Shown here in pieces: positions 55,246 through 64,000 of a stretch of 64,000 nucleotides of DNA. The position numbers were made by a program, and so were the translations under genes. The DNA is from Lama glama. Taxonomy: Eukaryota. Location of the stretch: NCBI GenBank assembly GCA_028534125.1, contig CM052825.1, forward strand, positions 6,634,001-6,698,000, in the 5' to 3' direction. The first letter of the stretch is position 1. Each line of letters opens with the position of its first letter. Below the pieces are notes generated by a model. It was not told where the DNA came from. It did not search any database and saw only the letters and a program-made list of their open reading frames with translations.

Positions 55246-58200
55246 CTCAAGCACTGATGACTGTTGACGTCGTGGGAAGCCTCCTTCCTTCCCTGCAGAA
55301 GAGAGAACGTGGCAGTCTGGGCTCCGCTCCCAACCCCGTAGAGATGGCCCAAACTCACACCAAAACGTTGATGCTCTTCACTTCCAGACCAGACCATTGG
55401 CCCTCCATTCACTTTGCCTCTTGGAACGTTCTTTTATGCACAGTTTAGGGCAGTCTAAGTACAAATCAAAAGTCTAACTTGTCTCTGATTCCTCCTGTCG
55501 CCTATGTGTATATGCGTGAGAACAGAGGTGGATGAGAGTGTGCATGTGTGCGTGTGTGCAATTTTATACGTCTGTGTATTTTCTTAAGTACCTGTGCACA
55601 CATAGAGTGCATTACTGCCACCTTTTTTCAATAAGCTGNNNNNNNNNNNNNNNNNNNNNNNNNNNNNNNNNNNNNNNNNNNNNNNNNNNNNNNNNNNNNN
55701 NNNNNNNNNNNNNNNNNNNNNNNNNNNNNNNNNNNNNNNNNNNNNNNNNNNNNNNNNNNNNNNNNNNNNNNNNNNNNNNNNNNNNNNNNNNNNNNNNNNN
55801 NNNNNNNNNNNNNNNNNNNNNNNNNNNNNNNNNNNNNNNNNNNNNNNNNNNNNNNNNNNNNNNNNNNNNNNNNNNNNNNNNNNNNNNNNNNNNNNNNNNN
55901 NNNNNNNNNNNNNNNNNNNNNNNNNNNNNNNNNNNNNNNNNNNNNNNNNNNNNNNNNNNNNNNNNNNNNNNNNNNNNNTAATTAATATTACCTTTTTTTG
56001 ATTTGGGGGGGGTGGGAGGGAGTTCTAATTTTAAAGGTATGCTCCCGCTATGACACCTCAGTGTGCTTGTATTAATTAACTTGTAGGACTTCGACTGTAA
56101 GATGTGAAACCACATTTCTTGCATGATGTTTTAGAAATTATGTATTTCATTTACAGTCTTTTAACCTGCAACTGCAGCACTTAGTTCAAGTTTTCACAAA
56201 TTTAAGAGTCACTACACTAAAGACAATGCCTTTTCATGAATAAGAAGTTTTCAGAAGGCTCTAGGAGGCTGGGAGGCAGGCCGTTTGTCTTTTGATTGTT
56301 GCATATCATCTCTGAACTTGGAATCTGGTTCAGTGAGCAGAGAAGTCAAGGTGGAGGAGCTTAAGGGGAAAACGGATTCACATCTGGCTGAATTGGGGTG
56401 CATTAAGAAGAACGAGTTTGCGTTCGTGACCCTCAGGACAGTGAGTACCAGAGCCCCTGACAGTACTGTGGTGTCCTCTCCGTGAAAACCTCAAGGAGGA
56501 ATTCTGTCAGCACATGTGATGAATCTCCAAATAGCTGATTCTCATTAGAATGAAAAGCAGGGCATTAACAGGAAATACTGGCTGGTGTTTTCGTTTTAAA
56601 GGCATGACTGTTATTCACTAAGGTGTTAAATCCGAGGAAATCGAAAAAGTATAAATCTGTCCATCCTAGTGGCCAAATAGTAACAGTCTAAAACAGCCAC
56701 TTTGGCTCTTCCAGGCAATTTAGTCATTTTTGTTGTTGTTGTTGTTTTAACTAGGTTTTTGCTGATTTCCATTCTATCTCTTTTGCCGGACTTACATCTG
56801 GGTGCTCGATACAATCAGTTGGTTAAATTTTGATTGCAATTCCATGTTTGTATTTTTTCTCTATTTATTTTTTTTATTGCGATCCCAACCCTGTGATCTC
56901 TTGTGTTAAGCTATCACTGTCTGTAATACTTTTCAGAGCTGCCACTAAATAACGGAAACCTGTTGGTAGAGGTGGGGTGTCCCACCCTCCTCCTTGCGCC
57001 CCTCAGTTTGCATCCAAGGGTTGATCTTTCATCTTGATAAGCAATATTCAAGTGCCTTGAACAGCGTCCTCTCCGTGGGGTTTACCTTCCGCTGGCTGGC
57101 GTTCTAAGCAGCAGCTCCCACAGGCAGCCGACCTCTTCCTCTNNNNNNNNNNNNNNNNNNNNNNNNNNNNNNNNNNNNNNNNNNNNNNNNNNNNNNNNNN
57201 NNNNNNNNNNNNNNNNNNNNNNNNNNNNNNNNNNNNNNNNNNNNNNNNNNNNNNNNNNNNNNNNNNNNNNNNNNNNNNNNNNAACTTACGGTTTTTGCCA
57301 TGACTTCACTGGCTAAGTGGAGGCTCAGCATACAGTCAGTGTTCACGTTCAGCCTCTTGACCCTTGGTTCCTGCCCATGTTCTCTTGTGGTGTCTGAGGT
57401 GGAAGGGGGGCGGGGGGGAGGTTCTGTTCTAGTCCCGTGCTCGCTCGCTCGCTCGCTCCCGCCGCCTATCTCCCAGATGACCTCTTCCCTTGAACTTCTG
57501 GATCAGTCAGGATGTCTGTGATTTCTGCCTACCAGACCGCTCTTTAGAAAGGGTTACTCCAGCCACTTGGCTCCGCTCGGTTTTGCTCAGAGCCCACCTG
57601 CCCAAAGAACATCACAACACGAGGTGGCTTATGGTCCAGAGACTTGGGAGGAATCTCCAGGAGATGCCAGGATCTTGACTCATCACTACTCTCAAGCTGT
57701 GGCCACTGTGTCTGAGAAGGTGATGGAGGCAAGAGGTAACAGTTCACAGCCTCCCTGGGACAGTTTTCCCTGAACTTCCAAAGCACAAATGCTTCCCTGC
57801 TCATCTTCCTCTGAGCATCTTTGTTTTCTCCCCGTTTAAAAGCCAGGTCTGCTAGTTGGTGGGCCAGACCCAGCATGCTACGGAGCTTCAGGTCAGGTGT
57901 TCCTCTCTGCTCCCTCTGGCTGTGAGAGACTCTCCCCAGCCACCCCCACACCCAGGCCCAGCCACCAGCTCCAAGAAGAAGGAAACACCCAAATGCCTCC
58001 TTGCCCTGGGCTGCATCAGCCCTGCAGCTGTGAGCAAACCAGGCAGAGGGCAGGTTGTTCGCAAGCTCTGTCGTCAGTAACTACCCTAAGATCACCCGGC
58101 AGTCGCACCCTGAGAGGTTGAGCCATGAGTCACCAGACAGCTCAGTCTGCAGACAGGTGCCTTCCCAGCTAAGTTGGATGAGATTTCTTTGTTCCCCCAA

Positions 58201-61200
58201 ACTCATGTCTTTTCATGCAGGGGTGATCAATGAACTCTGTTGACTTTCTATGCAATGTTTTTTCATTCCTCTGATTTTTAGCAAAACAGGCCTCCCTGAA
58301 AATAACAGAGGAGCCAGGGAAAGAATAATGCACGTCCTTCTGGGATTAGCACAAAGTGACACATGGTGACTCAGATCTTGAGCTGGGGAACAACAGCCTT
58401 CACCTTGAACGCACTATAGCAGGCACCTCTCTACAGGGCCTTTAAAAACGAGAGTCGGAAGGGCCAAGCCACTACTTACAGAGGCCAGTAAGCCAGCCAT
58501 GTGGGGGAGACGAGGCAGGGCGAGGTTCCGGCATGTGTGGCCAGCGTGGTGGGCTGTTAGCCGTGCTCCATCAAACTGGAGGTTTGGCTCCCTTCCTGAC
58601 TGTCCTCTCTTGTCACACTCCTCATTTGTCCCCAACTACCTCACTAACCATGCTCCCACTTGATGTCACTCCTCACCCCTCACCCCTCAGAACCATGAGG
58701 CAGGGGGGATCGGGGCAGAGAAAAATCTAGAAGCGTGGCATCTGTGAGTGTCTCTTGGCCTACTGGGCAGGCGGCTCCCCTCTTGTGAGCATAACGTGGA
58801 CAGACAGCTGTGCTCTGCGAGGCACAGGGATTTTTCTCTTGGCTTCCACCTGTTCCTGAAGCTCTGACAGCTGTTTCCTTTGCAGGCAGGGGCGGTCTTG
58901 GGCCTCAGAGGGCCTTGCCTTTGGCTGGCCTCTGCTCTCTGCCAGTTCCTGCTCAGCTGTTGAGATCCGTCACAGCCATTTCCCTGGCCCTGGCCTGCCC
59001 CTAAATGGCCACATGAGGACACTTCCTCAGGACTCCTACCTGCCATTGGGGAACTCTGTCTTTGTTGTCCCTGGCGCTGGGAGGTTGTCACTTCAGCCCC
59101 TTCCATGAGATGATCTTGGGAAGCATCTCAAGGACCAGAGAGGACGTGGCATTCTGCAGTTCACACGCAGTTCTTCAGTCACGTGACCCTTTCATCCTAA
59201 AAGAATATGCCAGTTTCTGCCCCGTGCTGAAGAAAACCAGCTCCCAGGGCTGCTGGTGGAATGTGGATCCACCCGCTCTGGCGGCCAAGATGTTCTGATG
59301 GAAAGAATTTGCAAGTGCTTATCGGGAAGAGCTCACATTTAGAAATCCCCCCAGTGCTGCTGAGATTTTGTTCGGACCTTCATGGCGATCAGGGAGCCTT
59401 TGTGACCCCTGAGGCAGAGCTCCTGCCCTAAGTGGCGAGATGGTGGCCTGAAACTCCAACAGGATGTATGTCCATCTCCCGGTGCACTGGATGGCAGTCT
59501 GGCCAGCACACCTGCTTGCTAAGAGACTGGTCCACTTTGGCAAAATGATACCCCTTCCCATCCGTTTCTGCCTTTTGGTAGATGCGGACTACCAGGAAAA
59601 AAAGGAAAAGCAAGTTGCCAATTAAAGTTCCAAATAGATCCAGCCCATGCGACCCTTAGGGACGTGCTGGAAACAGGCCAGAGCACTGGGGGCAGATGGA
59701 GGCGGCAGAGGAGAGGGCCAGGGGAGCAGGGAACTGAGCACAAAATGAGCCCTCCCCCCAGGGTCTTCCCTCCCCCAGCGGCCCCAGCCTCCTGTGAGCC
59801 TCACCCCTGGTCAGGGAAGAAGAAGGAAAGGCGACTTACACCGCCACCCCCACCCCACAGTCCATCCTAATTGCAGGAGCTGCCCGCACCTGCCCAGGCC
59901 TCACTCCTGCCCTTCCGCCACCACCTCCCCTCCAAAGAGACTGTCCACACTGTCTGTGGCATCCTCCCCATTTTCATTTTTGGATGAAGTGACATTTAGC
60001 TTTAACAAGACATTTCCAAAGCGCCTAGTCTCCTCCAAAATGCTAACTTTAAAAGTTGGGCATTGTAGGCAAAGAACCTTAAAAAACATTTTTTTTTAAA
60101 AAGGCTAGTGAGAGAAAGACATTAGGCTAGGCATAAATGTGCACTTCCCCCACCCCCGTTACTAAACATTTAAAATACCTTTGAGTTGCTTTTCATGGAT
60201 CATTTTTGTTTATCCAATAATATTAAGAAGTAGAGTCTGTTACTGTAATTTCTGTANNNNNNNNNNNNNNNNNNNNNNNNNNNNNNNNNNNNNNNNNNNN
60301 NNNNNNNNNNNNNNNNNNNNNNNNNNNNNNNNNNNNNNNNNNNNNNNNNNNNNNNNNNNNNNNNNNNNNNNNNNNNNNNNNNNNNNNNNNNNNNNNNNNN
60401 NNNNNNNNNNNNNNNNNNNNCCAGACACCAGTCAGCAAGATGCGTTGAAGTGGCACGGGGCTGCTTTTGTTTTATGGTTCCTATTTTTCTCCTTTTTCGT
60501 TTTCCTTTCTTTTTTCTTTCTTTCTTTCTTTTTTTGTTTTTGTGGTTTGCTTTAAACAGAAAGCACTTAAATAGATGACTATGTGTAAAAGCTCTGTGCA
60601 ATAGAAATCATTTTTCTTCATTTTTAAGAGATAATGTATTGCACACCAAATGAACTCAAAGTAAGCTTTAGACCAGGACGATTCAGGTTGTGGAGGAGGA
60701 GTAGGACGAGTTTGTTCACTGTAGTTCTGTCTGTTCATGAACTGAAGGGAAAACAGGACCCCCCCAGCACCACCTCCCCATCTCAGCCTGCCTCCCGCCC
60801 TAGGTGTGCAGGGGCCGCGGGCGCCCACCAGAATCGACGGCAGGGTGGCGAGGTTGTGGGAGGGTCCTGTGACCCCACAGCTGAGAACCCTCCCGAGTGT
60901 GAGACCACAGCCATCCCTTCCAGCACTTAACCTTTTCTTGTTGAGATGGATTGACTGCTACTGACCCGCCAGCGTGCGTGAGGATAATTATAAAAGGATG
61001 TTTCCTTGAGGAAAAAAAAAATTATTTTCTGCCCTCTTCTATTTATTATTAGGTTAATCATTTAAGGACTTATCAGGAGTGTATTGTTGTTTTGTGTTGT
61101 TGTTGTTGTTATAAGTGCTTTTTGCTGTCACTCCAGTGGTTACCGTCTGCTGCCCCCTGCCCGGCCCCGCCCCCAAAGAACCGAAGGGTCTGGGGATGTG

Positions 61201-61995
61201 ATGGGGGCGCCGAGGGGGCTCCTCTGGCAGAATCAGACGTCTGCCTCCGGAGTAGCCACTCCAAACCTGGTGGGCTCCACACGTCTAACTTTTTACAGTG
61301 AGAGAGCTGATGAACAGAAATTCACCGGTGTAGGGAAGCGCCGGGCTGAAGGACGCTCGGGCGAGGAGCTGCAGAGGAGCCTTAGGAAAAGCAAAGTTCA
61401 GTTCCCCCAAAGCCTCCTAGAGCCTCTGGTAAGACTTCTGGGTTCATGACGTTTCGGAGCCCGGGTCAGAGCGGGAGCGGCGGCCGGGCGGAGACTGCCT
61501 TCCGGGCGAGAGCATGGTTTCTGGCAAGGCCCTCGCGGCCCACGTGGGTTCGTTGGCTTGTGTCGCTGATGTCGTTGCTGTTTCCCTTGCATACAGAGTT
61601 GGTCAAAACCATCTTGCGGAGCATCTGTGTTTCTTAGTCCGGCTGTGGCTTCAGGGCCCACGCCAGGGAGGCGGGGGGAGGGGGAGCCCCTTCCCCCTTC
61701 GTGTGGTTAAGTGTGGTTAAGCGTGGACGGAGGTTAGACACAGCCAGCAAGACCCCCAGCTGCTTGCTCATGAGGCGTGAGGGTGAGGTGGGGCTGGCCC
61801 CGCCCCCAAACGAGAGGGAAGCCCCCACAGGCTGAGGTCGGGCCCCCCCGCTGCCCCAAGGTGGGGCTCCCAAAGGGCGCCCCCCCCACCCCTCCCCGGA
61901 CTCGCTTCTGTGCCATGACTTTTCCCGCTGACACTGTTCAGGGTCCTGATTCCGTTCTCGTCTCTTGGAAAGAAAGCCCTCTGATGAAATAACAG

Positions 61996-62046
61996 CCCTC
62001 GTCCCCCTCGTCCCCCTCGTCCCCCTCGTCCCCCTCGTCCCCCTCC
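61996..62046. repeat. 9-bp tandem repeat (CCCTCGTCC)x5
   Basis: Read directly; it produces the VPL/GDE repeats in the ORF track. Confidence 0.93.
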
Positions 62047-62086
62047 CCCCGCAACAGGTTTTCTCGTCCCTCCAAGTAGTCTATGC

Positions 62087-62089
<3 letters not shown>

Positions 62090-62123
<34 letters not shown>
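62090..62123. repeat. (TC)n microsatellite abutting a 100-nt N-run
   Basis: About 17 units. Confidence 0.95.
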
Positions 62124-62124
<1 letters not shown>

Positions 62125-62889
62125 NNNNNNNNNNNNNNNNNNNNNNNNNNNNNNNNNNNNNNNNNNNNNNNNNNNNNNNNNNNNNNNNNNNNNNNNNNNN
62201 NNNNNNNNNNNNNNNNNNNNNNNNAAGGCAGTTTTTTCCACGTCCCTTTCCACTGAGTAAGACCTAGCTCTTTGCGATTGTGCAATAACTACTTGCCCTG
62301 ATTGCGGGTGGCCACGCTCCTGCCCAGACTACTAACTAACACAGCACAGGACGGCCAGCCAGGCGGCGGGCCTCTTCCAGACGACTCCTAATAAGCTCAG
62401 CTTCCCCCCACCCCGTGTATTGTGGTGTCTTACATTTTAGCAGTATTTTATATTTTCTGTAACGCACTAAGTCTTAGATGTTTTTAGAGCTCGTTTGTTA
62501 ATACTCACAATCACCGACTCTTCTTTTTTTTTTTAATCCTCACAATGACCCAATTGACCAAAAAAGAAAAAAGACAAAAAAAGGCGTCATTTTTGTACAA
62601 ATAGCTTTGAGAAGCCTCTGTTGTGTTGCTGTGACCCATCTCTGGTAACATTTTATTTCTTGCTATTTGTTTTCGACATGATGAGTCAAAAGTTGATCCG
62701 CCTGGCATGGGGGTGGGGGAGGCACCCGTCGGCCCCTTGGCGTTGTCCCTTCTGTCTTTGGTTAGCCATACGATGTTTGTTCTCAGCACTGTACAACGGT
62801 CCCTATATGATATGGAGAAGCAATATCACTGTATGAAACTCACACCATGTATTATTATTATTCACTAGCACCCTAGGTGTGATAATTGA

Positions 62890-62895
62890 AGTAAA
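62890..62895 (+). terminator. Candidate distal polyA signal (variant AGTAAA)
   Basis: Several upstream TGTA motifs (about 62790-62850) and a downstream GU/U-rich element tgtgggttgttttt at 62921-62934. Base composition shifts after it. Confidence 0.5.
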
Positions 62896-64000
62896 TATCT
62901 TTTATACAAACACAAGAACGTGTGGGTTGTTTTTATTTAAAGGGCTCTGGCCTGAGGAGGAGCAGCAAACACTTTCATCCTGGGTCCAAGGGCATCTAAA
63001 GAATTGCTACCCCTGCCCCTTCCTGTGCTTCCTCTGGTGTGTGGCGTCGGCAGGTGTTGGCAGAAACCTGGGCTGGGGGGGATGATGCGTGGGGATCTGA
63101 GCACGCGGTCCATGCTCTGTAAGGGCCAGCATCCCTGCTTGCTGTTAATCACCTATACCGTTCGGGTACTTTTGGAGTGTTGACCCTCCTGGCATCTGCT
63201 TCCTTGTCTGTGAAATAGGGGCACCATCGCGTGTCTTTTGGGCTCGTGAGGACCAGGAATGGGGGCTAACCTTGCGGGGTGTGGCCCTGGGCTGATGGTA
63301 GCAGCCCACACCTGGCCAGCGGCCTGGCCTCAGCCTGCTCTGTGGGGACTCTGGCTTTGTCCCTGACTCCTGATGTGAAGAGGGACAAGCTCAGGGCACC
63401 TGTTAACGTGGGCAAGTGAGCGGGAAGAGAAAGGAGGAAACTGTCTTACGGGTTTCTGGAAGGATCAGGGCTCCTGAGAAAGGGCCTCTTCAGCCAGCGC
63501 TCGGGGCTGGAGGTGGGAGAGCCTTGCAGAGTTGGCTGCTAGGTGCTCCACATGCTGGTGACTGAGGATGTCTCTCATCTTGAGATCTAGGGTTGGAAAA
63601 GACCTGCCACTCTCACTGATGTATGACCAGTGGGTGGGGAGGGGTATATCAGTTCGTTGTGTGTTGATTTGTAGGTTTCAGAATGTGACGCTCCCACACG
63701 TGATACAGAAGCGTGAGCTAAACGGGACTCTATCCTCCCTCCAGTAGGAGACCCCAAAGCAGGAAGAGCCTGCCGCTGGTGCTCGGTGCTCCCGGCAGCC
63801 CCCGCCTCATCCCTCACTCAGGGATGTGGATGTATCTGGAGCTGCCCCAGCCCCAGCACCATGGGAGAAATCGGCATAGAAGCAGTAAGGTTCTGCCATT
63901 TTCGTATTAGAAAACTTAAATCTTACTCTGCTAACATGCTGCTACTTTTCTGATTGCTAATTTAGGTAGACCTTCACTTTTTAAAGCTCTTTTAAATTAA

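Larger units (their letters stand above)
53898..62920 (+). other. CUX1: CUX1 3' UTR (short form to about 54.6 kb, extended form to about 62.9 kb)
   Basis: Follows the stop codon. Contains AU/U-rich blocks and six N-runs, and no obvious large interspersed repeat until about 63.1 kb. The length is similar to the long human UTR as I recall it. Confidence 0.65.

Noticed and set aside
61701-61726. GTGTGGTTAA x2 (RUNX-like motif duplication)
   Set aside because: A 10-bp micro-duplication, which is common by slippage, with no supporting context.
53898-64000. CASP-specific downstream exons
   Set aside because: No matching peptide was recognised in the visible sequence. They are expected further downstream, outside the window.

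Overview
This is mammalian genomic DNA, almost certainly camelid (camel, alpaca or llama), based on a tRNA-Ala-derived Vic-1-type SINE at about 50.7 kb. It contains the 3' two-thirds of CUX1 (cut-like homeobox 1 / CDP) on the + strand. Exons equivalent to human p200 exons 11-24 can be placed with GT-AG boundaries and consistent phases. They encode the end of the coiled coil, three CUT repeats, a His50 CUT-class homeodomain and the C-terminal repression region, with the stop at 53895-53897. A probable 3' UTR of about 9 kb follows. Exon 16 and most of exon 11 are hidden in N-runs. Exon 14 is the last exon shared with the Golgi CASP isoform, whose specific exons are not in the window. The introns carry ordinary eutherian repeats (MIR, L2, L1M, MLT1, MER2-like) and microsatellites. 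I see no demonstrable new biological system. The best leads are: (i) the N-runs look like length-preserving masks over highly conserved sequence, which flags two hidden elements in intron 20, one followed by a candidate 90-nt poison exon; (ii) a cluster of competing splice acceptors and RBFOX motifs at the CUX1/CASP branch point; (iii) a pure (CCG)11 polyproline tract and a GC decamer minisatellite at the end of the CDS; (iv) an in-frame intron-20 ATG relevant to the disputed p75 isoform. Exon numbering and all human comparisons are from memory of human CUX1 and need confirming by alignment. Almost all ORFs in the supplied track are non-coding noise.
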